Source: Paramoeba atlantica
Lineage: Eukaryota; Protista; Discosea
DNA length: 64,000 nucleotides
Reading direction: 5' to 3'
Assembly (NCBI GenBank): GCA_977017575.1
Contig: CDRNVI010000012.1
Span: forward strand, 930,001-994,000
This document shows positions 22,454-32,721 of the stretch, piece by piece. Each line of letters begins with the position of its first letter. The stretch's first letter is position 1. The notes beneath the pieces were generated by a model. The model did no database searches. It saw only the letters and a program-made list of their open reading frames with translations, and was not told where the DNA came from. Both the position numbers and the translations under genes were made by a program.

Positions 22454-23464
22454 ATGAGTTCATTTGAACTTTCACACATCTTTGTATTGGATTGCGGGCG
22501 TCAACCACTACGTCGCCTACAGGGACCGAGTGAAAATACACGAAGGACATCCGACGGGAAAGACAATCTCTTCGTTGAATCGCCGAATTCAAACAGTAAG
22601 GTGCTCTACGTTGCACCAAAGGTAAGTCGTCGTATGGATTTGACTTATCCTACTATCTTTACTTCCGGCGAAGAATTTGTTCCGGTGGAACAGTGGTTGG
22701 GTGAGACTCTTAAGGGTGTGACTAGTTTTCAGCTTCTCCGACGAATTTTCATGCCCTCTGAGACCGTAATAGTTGTATGTCAGAGTCAAATACACGCCTC
22801 ACGCGCTATAAACCGAATTCAGCGACACCGTCCTGTTGGTTTGCAAGCTGTACTAAACTCAGAGAATGAGTGCAACAATCAAAGTGGTGGGAGTTCGAAT
22901 GATCAAAATGCTGAACCGTGGCGCCGTTCCGATCATCTCGAAATGACACCACTTACTTTCGACAGACTTGAGATACTCTGTATGTCAGCGCCGCAGTCCA
23001 TCCATGGATTGATCGCGGAGCTTTCGGAAATGTCCCGCAATATTCTTCGCAGGCCCTCCGTGGTGAATACCAAAGTGTTTCACAGAATGGTGACCACTGT
23101 AGTGCGTGGCAATGTTAGAAAAGACCTTTTCCAAGCGCGTGTGAGTACAGGCGCGCCGAAATCGAGTTTGCAAGGAAACCCAAATGGGAGTACATCCATT
23201 GTGAAGAGTGATTTGCATGTAGCTGACGTCATTGAGAGTAAAGAACAGACAAATCAAACAAGTAATACTGCAACAGATGCCTTGCAATCGTCAGCGCCAG
23301 TACACGATGCTCCCTGCTCACTCTCTCTGCTTCGTTCAGTGAGATCGAGAAGTGCTCCGCATGTGTCAAGCACCAAAATAAAGAAGCACAACATTGTGCG
23401 TTCACGTTCACTCTCACCCTGCGGGTCGACAACCACACATAAGACTTGTGACCATCTAGTCTAG
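22454..23464 (+). CDS. Hypothetical protein (336 aa)
   Basis: Long + strand ORF; no confident motif. Confidence 0.6.
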   Translation: MSSFELSHIFVLDCGRQPLRRLQGPSENTRRTSDGKDNLFVESPNSNSKVLYVAPKVSRRMDLTYPTIFTSGEEFVPVEQWLGETLKGVTSFQLLRRIFMPSETVIVVCQSQIHASRAINRIQRHRPVGLQAVLNSENECNNQSGGSSNDQNAEPWRRSDHLEMTPLTFDRLEILCMSAPQSIHGLIAELSEMSRNILRRPSVVNTKVFHRMVTTVVRGNVRKDLFQARVSTGAPKSSLQGNPNGSTSIVKSDLHVADVIESKEQTNQTSNTATDALQSSAPVHDAPCSLSLLRSVRSRSAPHVSSTKIKKHNIVRSRSLSPCGSTTTHKTCDHLV

Positions 23465-23953
23465 ATGCACGTTTTGCTTTTTTCTGTGGTAGCAAAACAG
23501 GCCTATGCGCCTCTACCCTTAGGAACAATAAGTTCCATAAAAAGTGTAGTACTTGATCTGATTTACTCTGTTCATTTCAGAAGATGCTGAGAAGATGTTC
23601 CAGTGACGGAGCGCTCCTCACGTTCGTCAAGCGCTGCATATTAAATCTCCTAGGGATTTTGGAAAGTCTTTCCTTTTCCGCTCCGTTGGTTTCAAGCTTC
23701 CGATTCCGTTGGTTCAAGCTTTCCCACTCCTCGTTTGTTTTACTGCAAGCGTCGAAAAATACTCCACTTACTAACTCTATTGCAGCTTCAGATGCGGTCA
23801 TACTATCATACCGTTTAGGCAAACGTACCTTTCAATTATCCACTTATCCGCTGTAGTGCTCTTAACCTTACTGTATATAGAGAATGTCGCGCGAATAAAG
23901 GAAGCTGTCAAGTAATTTCGACTCTTTCTGTGATTTATAATTCTACCAATAAC

Positions 23954-24532
23954 ATGGCCGATTATGTGCGTCCCGCTAAAGTCCATGGAAGTGCGTTGCC
24001 TCAGGAGTACTTATTAGAAAAAATACTGCAAGACGTGAAGGTAGTACCACTCAAAATACCAGTAAGATCTCCTTTTTGTTGGAGTACCGAGACACCTGCG
24101 TGTAAATGGCGTGGTGTGACTTGTGACGCACAGGGTATAGTGACAAAAATCTACTGGGGCTGCTGTAACTTAAACGGTGAATTGCACTGGGAGTTCTTGC
24201 CTAAAACGCTCATTACATTCAACGCGCGTTCTAATGAGCTCCGCGGTATCGTAGAGCTCATCGATCTGCCTCCTGGATTAGAAAGCTTCAGTGCCTCTTA
24301 TAACTTACATGGAGGAACGCCTGATTTACGTGAACTGCCTCTCACCATGAAGGAATTGTGGCTAGAATACAACTGCTTTGAGGGGCGAGTGGATCTGGAT
24401 GCCCTTCCCAAATCTATGAAGGCTTTACATCTTGAAGAAAATCAAGATCTGAGTGGTCAAATTGATGTCTCAAAACTTCCTCCAAAACTGTATTACAACA
24501 TACGTAGCACGAATATTACGATGTTGCATTGA
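23954..24532 (+). CDS. Short leucine-rich-repeat family protein (copy 1)
   Basis: TPACKWRGVTC cap followed by LP..L..L.L..N.F.G.VDL repeats; N-terminal PAKVHGSALPQEY resembles the copy at 38417. Confidence 0.85.
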   Translation: MADYVRPAKVHGSALPQEYLLEKILQDVKVVPLKIPVRSPFCWSTETPACKWRGVTCDAQGIVTKIYWGCCNLNGELHWEFLPKTLITFNARSNELRGIVELIDLPPGLESFSASYNLHGGTPDLRELPLTMKELWLEYNCFEGRVDLDALPKSMKALHLEENQDLSGQIDVSKLPPKLYYNIRSTNITMLH

Positions 24533-24569
24533 GACAACGACGCAGTGCATTATTGTTAAATCATACATT

Positions 24570-24690
24570 ATTTTCTTTTTTAGGCTCTTCGTTAAACGCG
24601 GCGGTAGTTTTCAACGCGAAGCGCGCAGCATGAGTGACTTCTAAGTTGAAAGCAACCACCGCGTTTAACGAAGAGCCTAAAAAAGAAAAT
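24570..24690. repeat. 121-bp foldback palindrome
   Basis: 31-bp perfect arms (24570-24600 / 24660-24690) extending imperfectly to ~46 bp; homologous to 43738-43908 in the opposite orientation. Confidence 0.9.
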
Positions 24691-25269
24691 TTAGCCTGGA
24701 AATCGGAAAGATTATAGCCAAAAATAGCCGAATTTCGGGTACAAATGGGGTCATTTTCGCATATTTTTGCTCTCAGAGCACTAAATCCGACATTTGCGCG
24801 TGGGAAATCACTCGCAGGCATGAATGAAAGCCTACCGAACGTATTGGGTAGAGAATACGACTCCAACCATACCATTCGTTCGACACAAAAATGCCCCTTT
24901 AGGTCCGAAAAATACTTTTTCACCTTTTTTAGTCAAAACTGGGTCATTTTGAGGGGCGCACCACGGTTCGAAGAAGTGATACCTTGCGAAAACAACTGCG
25001 GAGAAAGCTAGTGTAGGTCCCAAACTATCGAAATACAATAGGTGAAACGATTTTGGAAAAATATTTTTTTTGTCATTTTTTTCGCCAAGTTGAATTTTTT
25101 TTTAAAATTTTTTTTCCGAAAAAATCCGAACTTGGCGGACCCGTCATGCGGATACGCGGGGGGGTCACCCCGGGGTAGGGGGGTGGAAAATGCGCGCCAA
25201 GACCCCGGCTACCCTTTCTGCGGTTTTTTTTCGAAAACTAATTTTTTCGAAAAAATTTGCTCGACCATG

Positions 25270-25354
25270 CCCCCCCCCCCCCTGGACCCCCCCCCTGGAC
25301 CCCCCCCCTGGAGCCCCCCCCCTGGACCCCCCCCCTGGACCCCCCCCCATGGAC
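25270..25354 (-). repeat. (C9TGGA)x6 tandem array; G-quadruplex-prone on the minus strand
   Basis: Six C-runs of 9-13 nt separated by TGGA. Confidence 0.9.
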
Positions 25355-25757
25355 CTCCCATTTTTTTCAAATTTTTTTTTCAGTTTTGGACCACCGGAGC
25401 CCCCTTTTATATTTTTTTCTTCTATTATATTACTGTGTTCCTCTTTATATTTTCACTGTTTTTGTTCACTTTTTTTTCAATAATCGAGTGTAGAGCGGTA
25501 GTTTTACAACCACCGCAACATTCAATAAATACGAATTCAATGTGTATAGATTGTATATGAATACAATATGTATTGGCCTTCAAAAATGGCGGCATAAATA
25601 GAATAATAAATTAGAATAGCTTGAATGTAGCGAGGTCAAAGCACTCTCCTCCGAGGATCCGGATCTTCCCTAATTTCATACATTGGTTTTGTTTTTTGAG
25701 CTAATAGTCCTTTACAAGTGTTTTTATAAGGAAATTCTGTTGCGTTCAAGATTTTTT

Positions 25758-26840
25758 ATGAGTGCACTTGAAAACGTCCGCGAAGCGCTTCTTTTTGCAT
25801 TTTGTCGTATCAAACACTCTGACGGCGATCACATAAAATCTATGGTAGAAACAACCTTACAATGGGTAAGAGAAGCACGTCTTTTGATGCCGGATATCGT
25901 CACCGGGATGTGGCTTCACCTACAAGGGGTCGAACACCTGCAAGGGAACGATGATTATAAAGTGGAGTCCATTCTAACTGTCTCGTATTTTTTAGATTGC
26001 CTTATTTCCAAGCTTGGTGAAGACTCTGATCAAGCGCCATTAGAAAACCTATGTTACTACCTCGACAAAGCTGGCTTAGTAACCTTACTTCTAAATACGT
26101 CTCAAAAGCTTCCGGAAGGCCAACGGAAGCAAATGGAGCGTTTGGTTTCACATTGGAAACTATGTTCCGCACTTAGACCGGAAAATAAAGATTTTAATTC
26201 GTCTGTGAATGATCTATTTCTGGGGATTTCCTCTCAATTGTCGGACGATGCGCTTCAGAGTCGAACAGAAGTGCTACAAAATATTTATAACGCACTTACC
26301 AATGTATCGGAATGGAGACTACAACAGGTATTACATCTACTCCCATCCTACCTTGGTGAAATACACACGCGAGCGGGTTTCGAAAGGCTGAAAACATTAC
26401 ACAATATCTTGAAACAAGAAAATGAGTCCGGTCGTACGTCTGACTCCGCGCAAACAATTGCACACTACATCGAGGCCTATCAACCTCATAAATCAATTTC
26501 ACAGCGACTCAGGCTCCTTGCGAATCACCACAAATATGGTTCGGCTGCAAAAAGAACAACTAGAAGAGATGGACCCATAGTTGTTGAGCCGTTCGTTTCT
26601 CCGCCGTCGCGTTTGGAGATGCTATCTCTTATGTCCTTTCAATACCATCCGCCGCGTGCCGACACACTTCACATTCCAACTGCTAGCGACGTGATGTCAT
26701 ACGCATTTTCTTCAATGGAGCGTTTCGATTCCAAGTGCGTCTACAGGCGGCCATGGCTTCCTTCCACAAAAGAGTGGTTTAACATGCGTGATAATCGTAG
26801 CACTGTTGTGTCAAGCAGTAGAAAAATGGACGACTTTTAA
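25758..26840 (+). CDS. Hypothetical protein with CID-like N-terminus (possible PCF11-like)
   Basis: SILTVSYFLDCLISK resembles the CID helix YL.D.I.KN; C-terminal RRPWLPSTKEWF resembles the PCF11 R.W....W motif. By-eye similarity only. Confidence 0.45.
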   Translation: MSALENVREALLFAFCRIKHSDGDHIKSMVETTLQWVREARLLMPDIVTGMWLHLQGVEHLQGNDDYKVESILTVSYFLDCLISKLGEDSDQAPLENLCYYLDKAGLVTLLLNTSQKLPEGQRKQMERLVSHWKLCSALRPENKDFNSSVNDLFLGISSQLSDDALQSRTEVLQNIYNALTNVSEWRLQQVLHLLPSYLGEIHTRAGFERLKTLHNILKQENESGRTSDSAQTIAHYIEAYQPHKSISQRLRLLANHHKYGSAAKRTTRRDGPIVVEPFVSPPSRLEMLSLMSFQYHPPRADTLHIPTASDVMSYAFSSMERFDSKCVYRRPWLPSTKEWFNMRDNRSTVVSSSRKMDDF

Positions 26841-27056
26841 CCAAGTGGGATACGGTTTGATCAACAAGGAAAAGAAGGGGTGAAATTCACTTCGAATTGG
26901 CAACGGTTTGTCTACAAAAGCATATTTCGAAAAGAGTATCTCGTCTACTGTGTCAATCTTTTTATGTCATGTGTTTCGCAATTTGGAACATTGAAATTTT
27001 AGAAATATTCTATTTTAAACACTTTAGCAAATGGGAGAACGGTAAAGAGTCACTTT

Positions 27057-27626
27057 ATGAGTAAAGCATACAGCAAGGTAGCAGTTCGCCGGAAAAGAAA
27101 ACCCGTTTGTTCGTTACACCATCTTGGATATGGTTCTTGGTTTGCGCTCTTAGTGTTCATCGTTTCTTGGGGTTTGTTAGTGCCCAGTGAATTGCAGTTC
27201 GGTTCACTTTTTCTCTCGTGTGGTTTCAGTGTTATCGAATGGCTTTACTACAGACACAGTAGTGAACGCTCTGACGGCACGGTATCGCTCTCTCTTCAAC
27301 CCGTGCGCGGAGGCCATACCACCGTTGAGCAGTGGATAATGAATCTGCTCTTTATTCCTGTTTTTGTTTTTGGCTATCGCGCGTGCATCAAAGGAACTCT
27401 TCTTCGTTGCCTTCTGTCTCCATTGAATATTTGGATGCTGGAAATTGTTGAAGGAAGTGTTCTAGGGTCTTTATACGGGTATAACCCTGCATGGGATTAC
27501 TCAGGTCAACCAGGCAGTGCATTCCGAGGTCTTATCCAATTATCCTATTGGAAACTCTGGATCGGTCTTCAAATCCTTATTGAATTGACGCTTCTTGTGT
27601 TCATAAACTCCAAGTCTGGGGTGTAG
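27057..27626 (+). CDS. TMEM229/CmpB-like membrane protein
   Basis: W.LEIVEG...PAWDYS....FRGLIQLSYW.LW matches the PWDYS...G.I.L.Y..W family pattern; several TM segments. Confidence 0.6.
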   Translation: MSKAYSKVAVRRKRKPVCSLHHLGYGSWFALLVFIVSWGLLVPSELQFGSLFLSCGFSVIEWLYYRHSSERSDGTVSLSLQPVRGGHTTVEQWIMNLLFIPVFVFGYRACIKGTLLRCLLSPLNIWMLEIVEGSVLGSLYGYNPAWDYSGQPGSAFRGLIQLSYWKLWIGLQILIELTLLVFINSKSGV

Positions 27627-27888
27627 AAAAGCAAAGTGAAGCACACTTGTGGGAGCAACTCGTTATTGTGTATATGCACACTGTACATTTCTTTTGGCAG
27701 GTGGGTTGGGTTCTGTATATCACCACCCTCTAGCCTAGAATGTGGGCGGTATCTAGACTAGATACTCATGCAAGGCACTATTGATATAAAAAAACAACAC
27801 AAAACCGTTCCAAAGCTTTCTTTCTCCTTCCTCCTTTTTTCCTTTTCCTTTTCTTCCTCTCTCCCTCACCACCACCCCCTTCACCACC

Positions 27889-28518
27889 ATGCTTCTTCTC
27901 GCCCTCTCCCTCGACTCCACCACCCCCTCCCCCTCCCACCCCCTCCGCCCCTCCAAACTCCACACCTCCACCCTCCCCCCCGCCCACCACCTTGCCCGTT
28001 TCACGGCCAACCTCTCCCACCCCCACCCCTCCTGGGACCCCGCCCTCCCGCTGTGGCAGTGGCACCACGTGCTCTGTGGGCGTGCGGGCCAGCCCGTGGC
28101 CCTGGCCTGGGCCTCCCTCGGCCTCCGCGGCACCCCGCGCTGGGCCGCCCTCCCCCTGCTCCCCTCCCTCCAGGGCGTGGAGCTCACCCACAATGCGCTA
28201 CGGGGCGAGATCCCCTGGGGGGAACTCCCGGAGTCCCTCCACACGTTACTGCTCGCCCACAACCGGTTTACCGGGCCGTTGTGGTGCCTGGGGGCAGGAG
28301 GGGGAAGACTCCCGGGCAAGCTGCAGATGCTTGATCTCGCCCATAATGGGTTTAGTGGGGAGGTGGATCTCTGTGGGGACGCCCTTCCGGGGTCTCTGCA
28401 GGAGATGGATTTAAGTGGGAATAGCGGGTTGTGGGGGAAAGTGGTGGTGTATGCACTGCCGCCGAGGTTGAGGAATTATGATTGGGAGGGGACAGGGATT
28501 GTGGAGTGTTATGATTGA
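27889..28518 (+). CDS. Short LRR family protein (copy 2), inside a C-to-G skew island
   Basis: WDPALPLWQW..V.C cap; LPESLHTLLLAHNRFTG, LPGKLQMLDLAHNGFSGEVDL, LPGSLQEMDLSGN. Confidence 0.8.
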   Translation: MLLLALSLDSTTPSPSHPLRPSKLHTSTLPPAHHLARFTANLSHPHPSWDPALPLWQWHHVLCGRAGQPVALAWASLGLRGTPRWAALPLLPSLQGVELTHNALRGEIPWGELPESLHTLLLAHNRFTGPLWCLGAGGGRLPGKLQMLDLAHNGFSGEVDLCGDALPGSLQEMDLSGNSGLWGKVVVYALPPRLRNYDWEGTGIVECYD

Positions 28519-28768
28519 ACAAGGGGAGTCTTTGGGTAGCGGATCAAAGGCTTGTAAAATATCGTTTGTATGATAGTGCCCGATCGAACGCTTGTAATGT
28601 ATAAAGATTAAAGATTTGAATCAACAGTTTGTGTCATACAAGAAGGTTCATCACATGGGGTCAGTAGGTTAACCGGCTTTTTCATACGCGTACATGAATA
28701 ACTTTGTTGCAAAAAGTATTTTTTGTGTTAGAAGAATTTTAGGATTAGTACATTCTATTGAAGAACAC

Positions 28769-29179
28769 ATGGGCAAACCAGAGACTGCTCGATTCGGGCT
28801 ACAAACCCGAAAATTCTCTTACAACCCTCTGCTCAGTCGCAAACAAATGGTTCTGGAGATCACCATGCCACCCAACAAAGGAACAATCCCTCGCAAGGAC
28901 GTCCGCCAGAAAGTACGCGAGCTTTTTAAAGTAGCGGACGAAAATCTTGTCTCCATTTACGGTTTTAAAAACGCATTCGGGGGCGGGAAGGTCACGGGTT
29001 TCTGTCTCATCTACGACAACCTTGATTCCTTGAAAAAGTACGAGCCAAATTACCGCCTGCTTCGCATTGGAATGGGTAAGAAGAGAGGTCCCGCGCGCAA
29101 GGGTGTGAAGGAGAAGAAGAACAAGCGCAAGAAGCTCCGTGGCAAGAATAAGGTCAAGCAGGTCAGCAAGAAGAAGTAA
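28769..29179 (+). CDS. RPS24: 40S ribosomal protein S24 (eS24)
   Basis: TRKFSYNPLLSRKQMVLEI...YGFKNAFGGGKVTGFCLIYDNLDSLKKYEPNYRL; lysine-rich tail. Confidence 0.97.
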   Translation: MGKPETARFGLQTRKFSYNPLLSRKQMVLEITMPPNKGTIPRKDVRQKVRELFKVADENLVSIYGFKNAFGGGKVTGFCLIYDNLDSLKKYEPNYRLLRIGMGKKRGPARKGVKEKKNKRKKLRGKNKVKQVSKKK

Positions 29180-29427
29180 CAAACCAAAATCGGTGCTGCC
29201 TAATGGTGATGCTAAGCTAGTGCAAGTTTTTTAGCCGACTATCTGTAGGTGCAGATGTCTGTGTAAGATAAAGAAACTAAAAACTTTTTTCGCCATGTCC
29301 TTTGTTTTAATTTCGTAATGCTATTGTTATTAAAACAAAATAATATAAAACGGTCGACGTATCGCCCGCTCTATGGCAGCTTACTACATAAAGTACATCT
29401 AGCTTTTACAGTTTTTTTAGGAGCCTC

Positions 29428-31311
29428 ATGCTTTTTCACTACACTCGAGGACTTCTCCGCTGGAAGTGGGCCAAACGACTCCCCCGGGTGCCCAACCCGA
29501 AACGATTTCTTCTCAAACTAAAACCTCCAATCCCAGTGGCACGGCGAGACCCGCGGGTGTGGTCCTCCGACAAGACCACACCAAAATCTTTTGCCGCCCC
29601 TATGTGGGACAACTGGGCGTACCGTGCCCGAAGTGAGGACACCGATGAAGCCCTGCAGCCGATCATGGATATGCCCGACTCCCTCAAGCAGCGTATGTTT
29701 GAGGTCCCCTGGTGGGCTAACCCCTTCGGGAGCTGGTACTTAAACAACATACTAAGCTTGGAGCTGCTTCGTATTCAATACCGCAAGCAGGATGTCAAGC
29801 CGGATAGTCAACCCGGCACAATTCAACCCGAGGCGCAGCAAACCTTTCTCGGGCCGAACACACGTTCTCTAGAAGAAAAAATTCGAATTTACCGAAAGTT
29901 TCGTCTAGAGGTGAATGCAGGCACTACTCTTTCCGAAGATGACGACAACGCGATTAAAAAACTTATCCAGCGCCGCTGGGCCTCACTTCAATTTGGGGAA
30001 CGAACGAAGGGGTATCCTTGTACCTACGCGGACTATATTCTTTTTCTTAATGAGTGGTTCCGTTCAATGGATGAGGAGGGACGGACACGATTACGTGAGC
30101 ACTTCGATAAGAACATACGCCCTCTTCTCTCCGTAATGTCTCACAGTGACGTGCAGTACTTGGAGGCGAAAACCCAAAACTCAATGACACCGGAACTGGA
30201 GAAGCGGGTAGCTATCTACTCCAATGTCGGCACCCCCGAGTTCTTAGAAATGTCTCAGAGATTGAAATATGAGATCAATGAAGACTACAAAGTCCGCGAT
30301 GAACTCGGCCCGGAGATGTTTGCGTTGTGGACCAAAGCTCCGGAGCGCTGGCCTCCAGAACGCCTTGCAAAAATGTACAGCCTGGACTTTACTACAGTAC
30401 GTAAGATACTGGTGTGGCATCATTTCAAGGCTTGCTATGATAGCTGCGTGGAACCCGACTGGTCTCTCCCCAAACGATTGTTCGCCTTGGAGTGGATTCG
30501 CGATGCCCGCGCTCGGCAAGCTGGGAAATTCTACGGACGTATGCGGTTCGCGGAGAATAAAATCAATTTCATGAATGATCGACAACTGTTCAGTGACTTC
30601 TTACGTAGACGAGAGGCGAGTTATGAACATGTATGGGATATGGACGACCCGTATCGATTTCTGCAAACGGAACGCGATCTCGAGGACTACTTTGGTGACA
30701 ACTATGATCTGTACCGTCGTCTGTTTCCGGAGATGATTGGGAGAACCGGGGAGCCTGTAATGAAGTACGCAAGCATGCCCTACTGGGCAGGAGATCATCA
30801 GGAGCCGTTTCGAAAATCTCCATACAACTGGTTGTTCGCTGAAATTGGAATTAACGTTGGATACGACGCCACGAAAAAACTTGAACTTGATCCTACCAAT
30901 GAGAAGCGGCGTCGTTTTATTGTGCAGCAACCGGACGGCACCTTGCGCTCGGCGAAGATGTCTGAGATGCGAGCATGGTACTGGAAAGAGAACTGGGCGG
31001 ATTTCCGTTTTTGGACACCTCATATGGAGTGGGGGCAGCAGGACTCCCCCTCTCATGAGTCCTACCAGGATTTACACCGCAACACTTCTGATGCGGACTA
31101 TCGAAAAGGGAAGCGTCTCTCCTCGAACCCGACAAAGTGGTTTTATGAGTCGCACTACACCCGTACTGGTCGAATTAATTTTGACAGCACTCGATTGAAA
31201 GACACACAGCGAAAACGCCCCGTGATTTACCCACAGGTCGTGAATCCTCCCTCGGTGCAGCTAAGAAGTAAGGCAAAGTTTAAATTGTTCCAAATGGTTC
31301 CTGAGGTGTAG
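29428..31311 (+). CDS. Conserved mitochondrial protein, probably mitoribosomal or an assembly factor
   Basis: Basic N-terminus resembling a targeting peptide; MFALWTKAPERWPPERLAKMYSLDFTTVRKIL resembles the mS45/Bot1/neugrin-type helix-turn-helix. Exact identity not established. Confidence 0.55.
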   Translation: MLFHYTRGLLRWKWAKRLPRVPNPKRFLLKLKPPIPVARRDPRVWSSDKTTPKSFAAPMWDNWAYRARSEDTDEALQPIMDMPDSLKQRMFEVPWWANPFGSWYLNNILSLELLRIQYRKQDVKPDSQPGTIQPEAQQTFLGPNTRSLEEKIRIYRKFRLEVNAGTTLSEDDDNAIKKLIQRRWASLQFGERTKGYPCTYADYILFLNEWFRSMDEEGRTRLREHFDKNIRPLLSVMSHSDVQYLEAKTQNSMTPELEKRVAIYSNVGTPEFLEMSQRLKYEINEDYKVRDELGPEMFALWTKAPERWPPERLAKMYSLDFTTVRKILVWHHFKACYDSCVEPDWSLPKRLFALEWIRDARARQAGKFYGRMRFAENKINFMNDRQLFSDFLRRREASYEHVWDMDDPYRFLQTERDLEDYFGDNYDLYRRLFPEMIGRTGEPVMKYASMPYWAGDHQEPFRKSPYNWLFAEIGINVGYDATKKLELDPTNEKRRRFIVQQPDGTLRSAKMSEMRAWYWKENWADFRFWTPHMEWGQQDSPSHESYQDLHRNTSDADYRKGKRLSSNPTKWFYESHYTRTGRINFDSTRLKDTQRKRPVIYPQVVNPPSVQLRSKAKFKLFQMVPEV

Positions 31312-31687
31312 TCCTGCACGTACACAGGTGTAAGACCCTGCAAAGTTTGATTTTTCGAGACGCTGGTTGGATCAATCGATATTGATCTTCCATCAGCAAA
31401 AGCAGTTGAGACTGATTGGTCTCTACAGTGTATGTAGAACTCAAGAGAAGGTAGTGAAGAGGAAATGATTCGATGGCTTGCACATAGTGGTAAACCTAAA
31501 GTACAGATTGGAGCGTCCCTGAAACGCGTTGAAAAATGTTTTGTGGTTTTCCTATCTCATGAAGTTGATGTACACAACTTGTTCATATTCGTATGGCCTT
31601 ATATTCTGTCAAACTACACTAGTAATAAAATATTGAGCCAGCCTCTCGATCTCTTTGATTACATTTTCCTCTTCAAACCACATCACT

Positions 31688-32401
31688 ATGTACCGCATTT
31701 CACGCTACTGGTTTGCTGCCACCTCCGCCGTACATGCCACACAAAACCGAAAAGTTCACAAACCCCAAACTCCCCCGGAAGCCGAATCCGCAAGCCAACA
31801 CGGCCCTTCCCCCCACCCCAACCCCAACGCCAAAACACCGGCCGGAACCGAAAGCGGTCTGCAGGCCCCGAAGAAGCCTCGGCGGTTTACGATTATGACC
31901 ACAACCACCAAGGCGGTTCATGTGCACTACCGGAATATGCTCTCCCTGTGGTGGTGGTACGTGGCCCGGGGCCCACGCTACCTGGCCGTCGCGACATTTA
32001 CCTTTATTGCCAGCGCACTTATCTACCGTGCAAAAAAGGGACAGCAGAAATCCGCCGAGTGTGTAATGCTCGGGGAGAACTTACTCGATGAACGCACAAA
32101 GGAGCTGCTCGGGGATATTGAGAAACTTCGTGAGAAAGACCCGGTGAGACTGGAGAAGGAGGCGAACACATTTCACGAACAGTTTTGGAAGACCCGGGCG
32201 CTTGCCGTGACGGAGGATCGCCACCACCGACGGTCGCTCGAGAAGAAACAAATCCAGGCGATCTCCGCGAGTACCGGTACGGATATGTCGGAATGGATGG
32301 AGGCAAAGGTGAAGGACACAAAGGAGAAGGAGGTGGCACGACGTACGCATGACTATATTCAAGGCTTTCATACCCACCTGAAGGTGCGGAGATTGATTTA
32401 G
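31688..32401 (+). CDS. Hypothetical single-TM protein, possibly mitochondrial
   Basis: MYRISRYWF basic N-terminus; one TM segment (YLAVATFTFIASALIY); coiled-coil-like C-terminus. Confidence 0.6.
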   Translation: MYRISRYWFAATSAVHATQNRKVHKPQTPPEAESASQHGPSPHPNPNAKTPAGTESGLQAPKKPRRFTIMTTTTKAVHVHYRNMLSLWWWYVARGPRYLAVATFTFIASALIYRAKKGQQKSAECVMLGENLLDERTKELLGDIEKLREKDPVRLEKEANTFHEQFWKTRALAVTEDRHHRRSLEKKQIQAISASTGTDMSEWMEAKVKDTKEKEVARRTHDYIQGFHTHLKVRRLI

Positions 32402-32721
32402 TAATGACTGGAAATCCTGACTTTCAGTGCAGTGTACATGTGTATACTGCACTGCGCTAGTTTCATGTTTTTAGAACCTTTGCTCCTGGATGCGGAATGT
32501 CTTCTTGGATGTGGTGGTAAACCGCATGAGTGGACCAATGCGTTTGGCTTTCGTCGAATATCCTTTGGGACTCCTAAATCATTCATATTTTTAAGTCGCG
32601 TGTATATTCTACCACAATGGAAAAAAACCACAATACAATGTATGTACACGTATCGTATCCTTTTTAGCATATTATACTACACTTAGGAATTAGAAAATAA
32701 GATAGTTCGAATCGGCAAACA

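Noticed and set aside
23577-23856. Overlapping short ORFs on both strands (81 aa minus; 90 aa plus starting MLRR)
   Set aside because: No recognisable motif, and I cannot tell which, if either, is real.
24570-24690. Resemblance to integron attC (GTTRRRY / RYYYAAC) or CRISPR repeat ends (GTTGAAAAC)
   Set aside because: The attC half-sites are in the wrong order, there is no repeat-spacer array or cas/integrase gene, and the context is eukaryotic.
28799-29182. Antisense ORFs opposite RPS24 and the H1-like genes (59236, 60705, 61331, 61833)
   Set aside because: Mirror of lysine-rich sense codons, giving Phe/Leu-rich artefacts.
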